A stretch of 64,000 nt of DNA from Octopus vulgaris (GCA_951406725.2 OX597820.1:100688001-100752000), one strand, 5' to 3'; shown: positions 25,741-39,729, numbered from the stretch's first letter. Program-made: numbers and translations. Notes: generated by a model not told the origin, from the letters alone.

Positions 25741-26785
25741 TAGTGTAACTAAAGCATCAACCAGGTGAAAATTTTCACTGTCAACTAGGATTTGAAACTC
25801 TATATTGCAAATATACGGAACAGTCGTATAATACAGTGCACTTGATTTATTTTAGAAATAAGTCTTGCACATATAACACAAACTGATCTGGGCCATTTAA
25901 GAGTTGAATTGGCCAATTTTTGATGATGCATTAAGAAGCAACAAATATTCAGTGAGAAATGACTTTCTGTGGAAAAAAAAAAAAATCGGGCTGTGGGCGA
26001 AGAACAGTCATCATTTGATATGCTGTGTATCATATCTTGTATATGCTGCAGATATTTTATTGTATATCATACTTGTATATGCTGCAGATATTTTATTGTT
26101 CCTTTGAGCTGAGAATTTTATTCTTCCATCTAAATTTACCAAGACATAAACAACAGGTACCAAATATTCTGGAAAATATATATATGCAATACACAAGTTT
26201 CTTATCCATAAATTTTCATAAATCTCTCACTTTTAAAACTGAGGTTAATAACGTGTCTTCTGCTTTCTGACATTATTGATTTTAAATATATTTAGGAAAG
26301 ATTTAAAAATAGGAGGTTTTAAAGTTAACATGATAGCCAACTGGCCTAAATACGTAAATATCAAGAGCTGAAATTGCATAATGAAATATAATCTTAAACA
26401 ATAAGGTAGTGCATAGCCAGACAAATCTATTTAATTCTCTCTTAGCTGCTTTCATTAGCTAAGCAATGTTAGAATAGCAAATATAGATGTAAAACAATTT
26501 CAAGATATCTAATTTAGTCTTTTCCAAGCATACTCATTAATATCAAATAATGCCTCATATCAGTATATATATGTGTGCATAGGTATAGGTGTGGGTATGT
26601 CCTTGTCTTAACATTGCCATGGAGAAATATCACCTCATTTGGAAAGTGGTGAGGGTTAGTATCAAGAATGGTGTCTGATTGTAGAAAATTGCCTCAATAA
26701 ATTCTGTCCAACTAACCCATACTAGCATGGAAAAATAGCCATTAAGATTATGATTAATCTGCATCATTACAATATACATTCTTAA

Positions 26786-27063
26786 GCCAGCCTCGCCTGG
26801 CCCCCGTGCCGGTGGCACGTAAAAAGCACCATCCAATCGTGGCTGTTTGCCAGCCTCGTCTGGCACCTGTGCCGGTGGCACATAAAAAGCAACCACTACA
26901 CTCACGGAGTGGTTGGCATTAGGAAGGGCATCCAGCCATAGAAACATTGCCAGATCAGACTGGGCCTGGTGCAGCCTTCTGGCTTCCCAGACACCAGTTG
27001 AACCGTCCAAAACATGCTAGCATGGAAAGCAGACGCTAAACGATGATGATGATGATGATGATG
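26786..27063 (+). mobile_element. Family C (GAT)n-tailed retroposon, 5'-truncated; a second decayed copy at 27190-27390
   Basis: Same core and tail as 4320-4866 and 35760-36222. Confidence 0.85.
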
Positions 27064-27440
27064 AAAGTTTGATAATAGGGTATAAAAGTATTTTCAACAA
27101 AGAGGCAGACAGTAAATGTAACTGATATGATTAAGACGAATATTAACATAATATTTTCTAATTATTCTGAGGCAAGATAATAGACATTATGACACTGCCA
27201 TTGTAGGTGCCACTTAAAAAGCATCCAGTCACAGTATAAAGTAGTTGGTGTTTGGAAGGGCATCCAGTTGTAAAAACCATGCCAAAACTGACGGAGAAGT
27301 ATGGTGCAATCTTCTGCTTGGCCAGCTCCTGTCAAACCATTCAACTCACGCCAGCATTGAAGGCAGACATTAAACGATGACGATGATGACTACCCTAAAA
27401 TGTTAGTTACATAGGAAAAGTGAACGCTTAATAATAAATA

Positions 27441-28080
27441 TGTTAGGGGGGCTAGAGGCTTCATTGAAAAGAAAATGACAATGCTTTTCAAAAGAAGATT
27501 TGTTTTTTCTAGCCCCGAGCTGTGTAAACTAATAAGGAGAGTACAGGAGGCAGTCGAAAAAGCCAGCTTCTATATATGGCTGAAGCGGGAAGACCGAAAA
27601 TGGCTTGAAAGTCATAAACACGCCGACAGGAAATAACATCATTAGGGGAGACAAGCTGACTGAATCAGTTTCGCTGACTGACAGGTGACGGTCGTTTAGA
27701 AAACGCACGGGCTAAAACTACGCGCCTTCACTAGTCAGTTAAGGTGAGACAGTGTCACATGACAACTTGCTGGGGCTGCCTGCTGGAGCCTATGCGGCAG
27801 GTATTTAAAGGGAAAAATTTGACAAGACAGTCAGTCACCGGCTGACACTCGCTGACGATACATCGAAGAGGCCAGGGAACAGAAGAAAGAAGAAGAAAGA
27901 AGACATGCACTCAACACCAGAGCTGAAGACACCTCCGAAAGGAAGGGGGCCCCGCCACGTCAAAACGGTAGAGGAGTAGGGGCCGAAACCGGACGTGGTT
28001 CCTCCTGATGATGTCTTGAGCTAGCTGGATCCTATAAAGGAGCTGTTGTGGCAGCAGACCACGAAACACGGTTGTAATTC
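27441..28080 (+). mobile_element. LTR-like GC/CpG-rich segment (possible solo LTR); 3' end undefined
   Basis: Abrupt composition shift starting at TGTTAGG, with a TATA-like TATTTAAA near 27802. No TSD identified. Confidence 0.4.
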
Positions 28081-28806
28081 CTTCCTATGTTGGCCATTTT
28101 GGAAACAATGCCTCCAACGAAAGGAACAACCAGTAATTGTAAGAGACAGAACACCCAGCATGTTGAGAGAGTCACCTTTAAATGCTTTTTCACAGTGAAT
28201 CCAGCAAACAAACAAAATACATACACTAAGTATGTGCAATTGATAATGTTTACAACACTAGCACTGCTTTAATTCATTATTGAATTTAATCTTGCATGTG
28301 CATCATCATGGCACATCAGCAAATGGCTCTTACACTATTTGTCTATAGCCATAGACTACTGGTAATCCAGTTCGTCCCCAGTTTGATTCAGGTAAGTGAT
28401 GTTGGTAAGCCGCAAAGGTGGCAAAATATTGGTATTCATCATTCCTGAGTTTGATTGGAGGTAAGTTATTTCACTTGTCTATGACTTTCAGGTGTTTTAA
28501 CACCCAGCATGTTGAGGGAGTCGTCCCCAAGCACTATACTGCAACGAACTGGTGAACAAACAAAACACTTACATTGGTTATATGCAATCAATAATGTATG
28601 CAACACTAATGCTGCTTTTAATTCATTATTGAATATATACACACACAACCACCCACACAACCACACGCACACATACTCTCTCACACACACACACACATAC
28701 ACACAAATGTCTATAGTTGCAAAATGAAATACTGAGTTCTTGCCAACAATAATGCCTGAATCAGTTGCCAGGGATGGATGGGTAGATGGATACATACATA
28801 TATATG

Positions 28807-28840
<34 letters not shown>

Positions 28841-28859
28841 GTTAGATAGATAGATAGAC

Positions 28860-28909
<50 letters not shown>

Positions 28910-30328
28910 CACATATAAATGTTTTGAGCTGGTTTCAAAAGGTTAAGGGAATGTTAGATAAATTGCAGGATAAATTACAATTCTATCACTGTAATATTAT
29001 CAAGACATCTAGTGCTTATTCCAGATTGCTAAGAAAACTGACACATGTAGAATTAAGAATACTGCTTGAATACACAACTAACAATATGCAATAAATTTAA
29101 ACGCAAGGTTACTACAAAACAGTAATTCAATAGTCAACATTTCACTTGATCCTAGTTCAATAGTCAATCAATATAACGTCTACCCCCAAAAAACAATATT
29201 GGTTATAAGGGGGTTTAAAAAAAAAGGCTTCTGTATTATCCGTTACACATTTCGGAAGTATATATGAACTGAAAAGAAAAGATTTTAAATATTGCTGAAA
29301 ATAGGTAAAACCTGAAATCTGAGGAAACTACTGATAGACATATCTTGAAATTTCTAGAAGACTACCAACTGAAAGCAATAGTTGACCTGTGTCTAAACAA
29401 ATATAATGGTCAGAATAAGTTCAGTGATTGCTTCGTGAGATAAAGGAACTCACACATACATGACCAGCGTGTTATACAAAGGAGCCTGTTATTTTGACCA
29501 ATTGAATTGAAAATAGTAAAACAATAAAATCTGAAGAAACTTAGTGATGCTCTGTATCAGCAAATGATAAAACAAAGACTTCAAATAGTGGAATGATTAA
29601 GTTTTATACCACAAGGAAGATAGGAATACTAGCATTTCATGTAGAATCCTTCATCAAAGACTGATGAACTGGCTAACAGGGTTGGAGGATAAATAAATTG
29701 TAAGAGGAAACTGAAGATAGGTAACTGAAGGTAAGTTATTAATAGAGAAATGACTGCCAGTACCTAGGAAGAGTGTGTGGTGTGTGCGCAATTCGAATAT
29801 AAAGGCACCTAGCTTCTCTTCCTCGTGATGGAGACCCTTCAGTGGTAACTAATCCTTCGACACAGCCCCGACCCGAACACTAAAGATAGCAGCTGCTCAC
29901 CCAAACCTTAGCGACGTCTTCACACGTCTTGACACCGTGACGACCCACGTTGAAAAGATCGAATTGACCGTTGCCTGCACACGCCTGACAGCTTCCCCTT
30001 CCGGATGCCCCAGCTTCCAGTCAACGCACCCAGCTGCTGACGTCATCCCACAGAGTGCTCATGTAGTCCAACAATGAATAGACAACAAATACAGTAGAAG
30101 TTCACACAAGGTAGAGTTAGATCAGTTCAGGTCACCACTGCAGCATGTTGCTGTATCCACCATTTTCCAGTATCTGCTCAGGTTGTCCTGGGAGGTCCTC
30201 CAAGCAATGTCCCAGTCAATTCCCCTCTACATGAAATACTTCCTCATCTGCCATGACTATGAGGCATATGGCAGACTAACACAAACTCTCACCCCAGCTG
30301 GAGTAAGGTGGTAAAATATAAATATCTC

Positions 30329-30559
30329 CTAACTCTTTTGATACCAAACTGCCTGAGACCACCCTTAGTTTCAATGTTAAAAATTTCCAGTTTTGAAGTC
30401 ATCCAAATTAAACCTTACATCAAAAGTTCATGGTAATTTATATTCCAAACTTGAACTTAATAAATACTACTAAGTTTTACTAAATTCTTCATTATTTTCA
30501 AAATTAATTAAAACAAAATTAATGTATTTCAATGAAAATATGGGAACAAAAGGGTTGAA
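30329..30559. mobile_element. TTAA/piggyBac-type MITE; related copies at ~1370-1612, 39445-39675 and 45620-45790
   Basis: Ends resemble TTAACCCTTT...AAAGGGTTAA. Shared internal TAAATTCTTCATTATTTTCAAAATTAA. Confidence 0.6.
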
Positions 30560-30682
30560 CCATAAAAGATTCCTTAATACCAGTGCTTACTATTGTTTTC
30601 CTGTGGAAGAGATGCTAATCTATCCCAAATTAACATCCACATTAGAAAGATGAACTAAGGAGTATAGGAATCATGTCATCAC

Positions 30683-30957
30683 CACCATCATTTAATGTCC
30701 ATTGTCCAAGCTGGCATGGGTTGGACGGTTTGATCAGAGCTGGCAAGCCGGGGAGCTGCACCAGATTCCAGTCTGATTTGGCATTGTTTCTACAGCTGGA
30801 TGATCTTCCTAATGCCAATCACTTTACAGAGTGTGCTGGATGCTTTTACATGGCACTGCACAGGCACTTTTACGTAACACTGCATAGGTGCTTTTACATG
30901 GCACTGCACAGGCACTTTTACGTAACACTGCACAGGTGCTTTTACATGGCATCACAT
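30683..30957 (-). mobile_element. Family C retroposon with a ~24-bp tandem array
   Basis: Reverse complement of the family C tail plus ~5 x TGCTTTTACATGGCACTGCACAGG-like units. Confidence 0.75.
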
Positions 30958-31715
30958 GCTGTGTACTTAACAAATATATAATAAAATCCCTTTAGTGAAA
31001 TCAAACTCAATAATCTACACACTCTGCAATTTTTCTACCAGAGATTGGTTTGAAATCAAACTTTAGAGATGCTTATTTCATGCAACCAATAGCATTAGCA
31101 AAGACAAAAAATTAAAATATATATGGAATGCATGAGCTGAGAATAATCTATTGCTCTCACAAGAACCTAACAGCTGCATTAAGTGCAAGCTAGTTGAAAA
31201 TGCAACCAGATATAAGTAACAGTGGTTACTGCATGAAATATGGATCAATGATAGTTCTTAGGTGAAAGAGTTCTGTGAGACAGTAAAAGAGAATTCACAC
31301 AGTAAAGTAAATATTGATTTATCTCTATATTGTAAAACCAGATTTTAAATTAAGAAACGGTTAACCATTTTTATCTCAGTATATTACTGGTACAAGTGTT
31401 TGCAGACTCTACAGAGGTGAAAAGCATTGAAGATATCAAATTAAATGTTGTAAACCAATGAATATTTCAACTCAGTAACACAATTACCTGCCCTCTGTTC
31501 CAACCTTCCATCCATTTTCTCTGTCCACCATTCAGAAGGGTGAGGTATAAAGTCCTCAGGTGCCTTTTTCATAGAGGTCCTATCAGAAGTAACTGTGATT
31601 ACATTTTTCAGTTGGATTCCCAAGCATGACCAGCTGAGACTAAGGATATTATCCAACTATCTCATTGGTAATCCATGAATGAGATTGTTGGATTATCTGC
31701 CCTCGTGTTTAATAA

Positions 31716-31940
31716 CACTGGCAGAATCATTAGCATGCCGGGCAAAATGCTCAGTGGTATTTCGTCAGCCGTTACGTTCTGAGTTCAAATTCTGCCGAGG
31801 TCGACTTTGCTTTCATCCTTTCAGGGTTGATTAAATAAGTACCAGTTACGCACTGGGGTTGATATAATCAACTTAATCCGTTTGTCTGTCCTTGTTTGTC
31901 CTCTCTGTGTTTAGCCCCTTGTGGGTAGTAAAGAAATAGG
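31716..31940 (+). mobile_element. SINE family B
   Basis: Close match to 58117-58343. Confidence 0.85.
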
Positions 31941-32202
31941 TTATTTACACTGATACAAGCTCATGCATTTGCAGAATAGAATATTCTCAACTGACCCTAT
32001 AAAAGTACTTGTTGGGTTCTTATTTTATAGAGCTCATAAATATGAAATGAAAAGGCAATCTCTGCTGAATGTTAAGTCAGAACCAGCATCAATAATATTA
32101 ATATGCCAATTTGTTCTTTTTGTATGTACCTGTCATGGTGTCGCACTTACTTCAAAGAAGAAGTGAGTGACAAAGCAAAGAGAGAGGAGGACAGAGAGAA
32201 AG

Positions 32203-32421
32203 AGAGAATGAAAGAGGCAGTGAGTTGTGACAGCATTCGTTTCATGTTTTTAAATGTTTCAGAAAGGAAGTAAGATAGAGAGAGAAAGAGAGTGAAAGAG
32301 ACAGTGAGTGGTGACAGCCTTCATTTTGTGTTTTTAAATGTTTCAGAGAGGAAGTAAGAGAGAGAGAGAGAGCATGAAAGAGACAGTGAGTGGTGACAGC
32401 GTTTTGTGTTTTTAAATGTTT
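32203..32421. repeat. ~80-bp tandem repeat x3 (GAAAGAGACAGTGAGTGGTGACAGC..TTTTTAAATGTTT)
   Basis: Read directly from the sequence. Confidence 0.85.
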
Positions 32422-33177
32422 ATCACCTCGCAAAAAAAGTAGGTACATAGAGACATACACACATTATTAAATTAAAAGCGGGAAAAAGGAGGGACACAGA
32501 GGAAGTGAAAGAGAACAAGAGAAAGTGAGAGACACAGTAGATACATAGATCCAAAGAAAAGCTGATACATAGACACAGCAAATATCGGATGTCACTTTCA
32601 CTTTTCATTACCACACAAGGATAAAATTAACTTGCAAGTAACTGAGTACTCCACAGACATGCATATCATTAATGTAGTTCTCAGGGAGAATCAGCCTCAC
32701 GCAGAGTATGACAAGGCTGGTCCCTTAGAATTACAGCTACAACTCATTTTGGTCAGCTGAGTGGACTGGAGCAAGATAAACCTTCAAGTGGTCAGAAGAA
32801 AATGAAAAAATAGATCCTTTATAGGGGCAGGAAACTCGTTTTAGTCGCTAGGGTCACTATGGGTGTTAATCCGCTCCTAAAGTGGCATTTGTAGGTCTCA
32901 CAGATCTGGAGGCAAAGCCTCCAGATAAACTCTGATGCACAGGCTGTTATGAAACTGAGCATGAGTCGAGGGCAATTACACGTCGGAATAGCAATTATTT
33001 CGTCTTAGCTTTCACTGATTATAATAAACACATGACATGTGGAACATTTCCTTTTCAATCACTCTTCTTGAAAATGGCACTCCATCAGTTACGATGATGA
33101 GGCTCCTGTTTATCTGATCAATGACCAGCCTGCTCATAAAATTAACGTGCAAGTGGCTGAGTACTACACAGACATAC

Positions 33178-33597
33178 TCTTTTTTATTCTTTTACTTGTT
33201 TCAGTCATTTGACGACGGCCATGCTAGAGCACCGCCTTTAGTCGAGCAACTCAACCCTGGGACTTATTCTTTGTAAGCCCAGTACTTATTCTATCAGTCT
33301 CTTTTGCCGAACTGCTAAGTGACGGGGACGTAAACACACCAGCACTGGTTGTCAAGCAATGCTAGGGGGACAAACACAGACACACAAACACACACACATA
33401 CACATATATATATATATATATATACAAATATACGACAGGCTTCTTTCAGTTTCCGTCTACCAAATCCACTCACAAGGCATTGGTTGGCCCAGGGGTATAG
33501 CAAAAGACACTTGCCCAAGATGCCACGCAGTGGGACTGAACCCGGAACCATGTGGTTAGTTAGCAAGCTACTTACCACACAGCCACTCCTGCACCTA
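33178..33597 (-). mobile_element. Full-length family A SINE nested inside an older family E SINE (33070-33820)
   Basis: The host SINE sequence resumes (GTTCTCAGGGAGATTCAG) right after the inserted copy. Confidence 0.85.
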
Positions 33598-34343
33598 TGC
33601 ATACCATAAGTTAGTTCTCAGGGAGATTCAGCCTCACACAGAACGTAACAAGGCTGGTCCCTTTGAATTACAGCTGCAACTCATTTTTGCCAGCTGAGTG
33701 GACTGCAGCAAGATGAAGTAGAGTACTTCTCTCAATAACACAGCAGGCCGCAGGGAATAGTACTCATGACTTTATAATCGTGGGCCAAATACCCTTAACC
33801 ACTGAGCCTCGCACCTTCAGCCTCTTAACCATTGAGAAAAGGAATGAAGCAATAGAGACAGAGAAAAAAAAGCCTCAGTCATTTACAATCACAATTAGAC
33901 TGAAATATGATTGATCTTTTCTAGCTTCTTTACTTTTAACAATGAAGAAGAGGGAAAGACACTTGGTAATGAATAGAGGGTAAGTCTTTCAGGTGTTTAC
34001 ATTTTTATTCTGGGAGTTCTAGAACAATCGACTGTTAGTTCTCTCTTCTTTCCCCCACCACCAGTATTTATCCGCCTTCTTTTATAGTTCTTCATGTCTT
34101 TTAGTAGGTGGGGAAAGACCATGTTTTTCTCAGGTACGTTTAATGTTTTCTCTAAAACTACAAAGAAACATCCCTCTCCTTTTGTTTTTTGATTTTTTGG
34201 CATATAAAAACTAATGCAAATTTTGAACAGAGTATAGCTGTGAAAAGAGCCCAGAAAAATGGGTAATACGCCATACAAAATGGGTGTGGGAGAAAAGTTA
34301 CCAACAGGTGGCTGCACAAAATTCAACTCTATACTTTAAAGAG

Positions 34344-34416
34344 TGTCTTCTACTATAGCCTTGGGCCAACCAAAGCCTCGCGAGTGAATTTGGTAGACAG
34401 AAACTGAAGGAAGCCT

Positions 34417-34455
<39 letters not shown>

Positions 34456-34667
34456 TTTATGTGTGTTTGTGTGTGTCTGTGTTTGTCCTCCCCCACCATT
34501 GTTTGACAACCGATGTTGGTGTGTTTGCTTCCTTGTAACTTAGTTGTTCAGAAGAGACTGATAGAAGCACCAAGCTTACAGGGAATAAGTCCAGGGGCCG
34601 ATTTCTTTGACTAAAGGGTGGTACTCCAGCATGGCCACTATCAAATGACTGAAACAAGTAAAAGAAT
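34344..34667 (+). mobile_element. Family A SINE, 5'-truncated
   Basis: Matches 33178-33597 in the opposite orientation. Confidence 0.8.
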
Positions 34668-35759
34668 ACCAGAAGAATGTTCTGTACCACTAAACCAAGA
34701 AGGTTCTTTGAATATGTACGATGTATTTTAAGGATAAATAGTAATTCTGTTTACATTTGCATAACTGAGATATTTTGGTTGGATTATGTAGTTTCTATAA
34801 TCTGTAACTGTCAAAATATAGAAGCATTTCTCATGGCACTAGCATACAATTTACATATGCTTACATTTTTTATGTTTTCCGTGAACTTTTCACGGGTCCA
34901 GCTTGTGAATATAAATATTGAGATGCATATATTTCATTGCTCTCACATTTCCACCACCATCACCTCTCATAAGAAGAAAACTATTAAAGATCAGCAATTT
35001 AAACTATCATTCAGTCATTAAAAACAAAATTAAGACAAACATTGAAGTTGCAATAATCATAGGCATTTATCGTGTGGTAATCATTATAATAATTAAAAAT
35101 ATATAATTTCTTTCCCTTTCACTTAATAAACATTCAAATATTCTCAAAATAACATAAAGCACTGAAGCAATAATAATAACGATATTTAAATCAACTTCAT
35201 GCAGACACACTACATTACATCAATTAGCAAAACTATTTTCTCAGAGCGTATGCATAATTAAGATAAAAGTGAAATTTAGTCGGTTATTTTCAACATCGTT
35301 GGACTTCTCTAGTGTGTAGAAGATTTACCAAATTAACAATAAATTGGTCGTTTACATGAACTACAATAATTCCTGCCAATTTTTAATGATTGAGCCAGCA
35401 CCAAAGATAAATTGTTCACTGAAACATAATCTATCACAAAGTTTTGGCAATGTTCTTCAAAGATAGTTAGATATGATAAGGATTTGTGAAATCACAATTA
35501 GTTCTTGAAAATGATACATTTATGGTCATTTAATTATCAATTATTCACCAGGTTTAATCAGGACCAAATCAATACATCCTAATCAATTTTCAGACATGTT
35601 ATTTCAATGTTGTAAGTTCAGAAATGAAGTAATAGATCTTTTTGGAAAGAGAATTCCATCATATATATATGTCATATATAAGTGTGCACATATGTCCTGG
35701 GTTTGACTTTCAACTGCATCAATGAGTGGGGTTCTAGTTTGTGAGTTCCAGAATTTAGA

Positions 35760-36189
35760 GGAATCAAATCAAATCAAACCAAATCAAAATAGATGAACAT
35801 CAATGGAATTTGTATCCTTGTGGTACCAGTGCCGGTGGCACATAAGAAAACCATCCGAACGTGACCGTAGCCAGTACCGCATCAACTGGCCTCCGTGCTG
35901 AGGGCACATAAATACACCATCCGAGCGTGGCCGTCTGCCAGCCTCGTCTGGCACCTGTGTCAGTGGCACATAAAAACACCATCCGAGCGTGGCCGTCTGC
36001 CAGCCTCGTCTGGCACCTGTGTTGGTGGCACATAAAATCACCCACTACACTATCGGAGTGGTTGGCGTTAGGAAGGGCATCCAGCTGTAGAAACACTGCC
36101 AGATCTGACTGGCCTGGTGCAGCCTTCGAGCTTGCCAGACCCCAGTTGAACCGTCCAACCCATGCTAGCATGGAAAGCGGACGTTAAAC

Positions 36190-36222
<33 letters not shown>
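35760..36222 (+). mobile_element. Family C retroposon with about four 62-bp internal units
   Basis: GGCAC(A/G)TAAA recurs at 35903, 35965 and 36027; (GAT)n tail. Confidence 0.88.
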
Positions 36223-36223
<1 letters not shown>

Positions 36224-37585
36224 TGGGACCATCTCTTAACTACTATTGTTCCCAGATCAACTCGGACCTGAAACAGTAGCATCTACCAGGGTCTCAGCTA
36301 TAAGTTAAGTAGCGTGTAAATAAAAACAAGGAGTGAGAAATTCCTAGCTGTCATTACAGTATTGTTGTAGTGAAAATGGTACACTCCTTCCCACATGACA
36401 AAGTGGTATGAACAAGCCACTATAAAGTCACACAGTCAGTCATTGTCGGAAATCAGTATTAGTAGAGTCGTTGTATGAGTTCTCAGCTGGAGTCAGTGTC
36501 AGTTATATGATACATACGAGTTTGAGTTACCATCAAAGTAGACATTTCAAAGTCATTCTCTCGGGGAGCTATCAGCAAGAGCATGATAGACAAGCCAAAG
36601 ATAATAAGATGTGGAATACTGCCACAAAATAATAGTGGTGATAATATTACAGCGCCGACAACAACATACAAGTGGACAAGGATCCACATTATAACAAGCA
36701 TCCTACTAGATGAGGGGCACTCTCATGCAAAATCCAGTTTCACATGATTACTGGTCTGTCACTAGATTCTAATCACATGGACTCAGACAATGGTACTCAT
36801 GCTGTACAAGCATCTATTACAGTAATTCACTGGCATACAGATGTCTCTTTATGGTGACCTCATCTGTCATTTGTCATTCTGTCTACTGAAAGTCCTATAG
36901 CAATGGAAGTGTGGTGACACACACAGTCCAAAGCAGCTGAAAGTACACAATTACAAAGTAGCAACATAGAATAATTATATGAGACATTATGGATGGAAAG
37001 TGAGAAATGCCACTGACAACAAGGAAGCACAAGGCAATGGTAATCATCTGTGAAAATGGAGTGGTCGCTATACACATTTTGTGAATCTGGACACCTAGCA
37101 TGTGATATTAAATGTAGCTGAAGTTATGAAGAGTCTTTTGCTTTGTTTTCTTTTTCTTCTTCAATCAGATAATATCACCTACAAAGTTAGGTATGATTAC
37201 TATTATTTCTCTTCAACATCCTAGCCATTAATTAATAATTTATTCATATTCTTGGAATTAATTCTTATCTTCATATCACACTAGGATAAGATATGCAATA
37301 TGCAACACTAAGGAGGTCAGAATAACACTGAAACATGTACTTTCCTTACTTACTGGGAAAATGATAATAACATATTATTGACTAACAACATTTTTCTTCA
37401 CCAAATATCACATATTTATTTCTAGTTAACTTTTTAATGGTCTGTTCATTAAATATACTAGCATTAACTGTTCCATTAATAAAAGCAACCTAATTCTGTT
37501 CACTACTAAGTAACACAAAAAGTACCAACAAAACAATAACAGCAACATAGATGTCAAAGTTCATTTAAAACAGATAGATAAATAC

Positions 37586-37809
37586 ATTCTGTTGTGTCTG
37601 GGGAGAGTCATTCTCTTTTAGTGCCTTATTATTTAACACTCACCGGTAAAATTTCCACTTATTTCTTATTTTTATTTTCTAAAATTTTCGTTGCGTCTTG
37701 CAACCTTTTCAATTGAAAATAAAAATAAGAAATAAGTGGAAATTTTACCGTGAGTGTGTTAAATAATAAGGCACTAAAAGAGAATGACTCTCCCCAGACA
37801 CAACAGAAT
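37586..37809. mobile_element. Fold-back element with ~94-bp inverted arms and a hammerhead-like spacer (Penelope-like derivative)
   Basis: Arms 37586-37679 and 37715-37809. The spacer on the minus strand reads TTGAAAA-GGTTGC-aagac-GCAAC-GAAA-ATTT-TA. Confidence 0.7.
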
Positions 37810-39729
37810 ATGCTTCAACACATGAACTCATATAAAGAATCTTGCAAACCAAATCCAAAAACGAAAGATAAATACATGTTATTTGGGAAATTAAGGAATT
37901 TAGAATTTGATACATTAGGCTCAAATCCTAACACTGAGATTGATGATATTCAATTTCATAATGCTAATGCTGTTTTTAGAAGAGGAGAACAAGTAGTGCC
38001 CCATAATCTTTGCAGGCCATCACAGATTGGTGAGATTGATGCAGCTGAACCATTTGCAGGCAACATTTGGATATATAGAGAAAATGTGGGCATGTAGAAA
38101 ACAGTTGTTCATGCTTGCACCAAAATGAATTCTACTAAGGGTATAAGTGATGATATTAAACCTAAAAGTATATCCTGCTTACTACCTATGTCTGCCTAAG
38201 GGCTAGGTTGAATAACTGGATTCATTGTTCCAGGTATGCTTTGCATCGGTCAAGAGGAGGACCATACTGCATACTCTGACATGGAATATGGTAAGGAATG
38301 CAATGTTGTATTCTCAATATAATCCTCTTCATTTCAATATAAGCCTGTTTTTTCTTCTTTTTCTTTTCTTTTTTTTTTTTTTTTTTTTTTTTGTAAGCCA
38401 GAGTCTGAGGCCAACCTGATTGTCACAAAAGAGACAAGCAAGTTGCTTAAGATCAGAGATTCTCAACCATCTTTTTGCTTATGGAGACCTTTGATTTCTA
38501 TTTTATTCTACTGCACAGCCATCCCTACCCTGTTACAAAAAAAATTTTCATATTTTTATAATTATATATCATTAGAAATTGTATTAAAAAAATTGCTAAA
38601 ATATTTGTATATTGTAGAAGTACAACCAATTTATTACTCATATGCTTTAACAACAAAATCTTATATGGACCCTGTAGGGTCACACAGACCCTGGCTGAGA
38701 ACCACTGCTTTAGACGTAACATAACAGCTACCGCTTCCTTCCTCTTATCTCAGGTGGTGTGCATTCCAGTAGAGTATTTGGGAGCTAACAAGGATCTTGT
38801 TCTCTCAATTTTAATGCATTTTCAATGTTCAAAAGAACAGTGCTCTTAGAGCTTGCTGGGATTATGCTCCAGTATTTTCAAGTACTTATTCAAAACAATG
38901 AGAGTGTTACAATTCAGCATCTAACCTCCACCCCCTGAACATTGGGCACTGTCTGATGAGATCGCTTCTTCCTCATCATGGCTACAGCTACCAAATATGA
39001 ATGAAAGGAAAGCATCTTTTAATATGTAATCATTTTCCACAGTGCCTGCATACTGAATCATTAACCATTGCACACAACTGTTACTCCCAAGAATATTAAC
39101 CTTCTGAAATGTTCTTCCTGTTCCTCACTTATTATCTGCAAGTGTCATGTCAGCTTACAGCTGTTTAAGCTGAAGACTAACTGGTGCAGCACCAGTAAAG
39201 GAGGGCCTGTGATAAGATTGCAGCACAGCTCATTCCTCCTGACTAAACTATAAAAAGAAATGTCATTAAAAATATTTGTGTTCATTTAAAATTTCATTCT
39301 AACTAGTTTAAGTTAAATTATATCAAAATTCTTCTTTTTTTTTTTTTCTAAACTTAAATGGCAATTCCTCTAAATTTCAAAGTATGCCAAAGTCGTGTTT
39401 GTTTTCAAGCTATCCATTGTATATTTTATTGAATTCTTCCTTTTAATCCTTTTATTACCAAATTTCTATTGAAATGCACTACTTTTGTTTTAATTAATCT
39501 TGAAACTAATGATGAAGAATTTAGTAAAATAATTTTGGCATTATTAATCTTTGGTTTGGACCATAAATCATCGTGAAGTTTCGAAGGAAGATTTTGATTT
39601 AAACCACTTTAACATATGATGTTTGTATCATAGAACCAGAGGGAATTTCAGGTGGGCAGGTATCAAAAAGGTTAATCAATCTAGAATATTACATGACATC
39701 AAAATGTAAAAACTGAATGGATTACTTAC

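Noticed and set aside
27980-28015. GAAACC-ggacgt-GGTT-cctc-CTGATGA, resembling a permuted hammerhead
   Set aside because: Only 4 nt lie between the cleavage triplet and CTGATGA, so stem I cannot form, and there is no convincing stem II.
29760-30150. CpG-rich block with minus-strand TGGTGACC (tRNA primer-binding-site-like)
   Set aside because: May be an LTR-retrotransposon remnant, but no LTR ends, TSD or gag/pol motif could be confirmed.
35826-36042. CRISPR-like repeat array
   Set aside because: Eukaryotic context, whole units repeat without unique spacers, and no cas genes.
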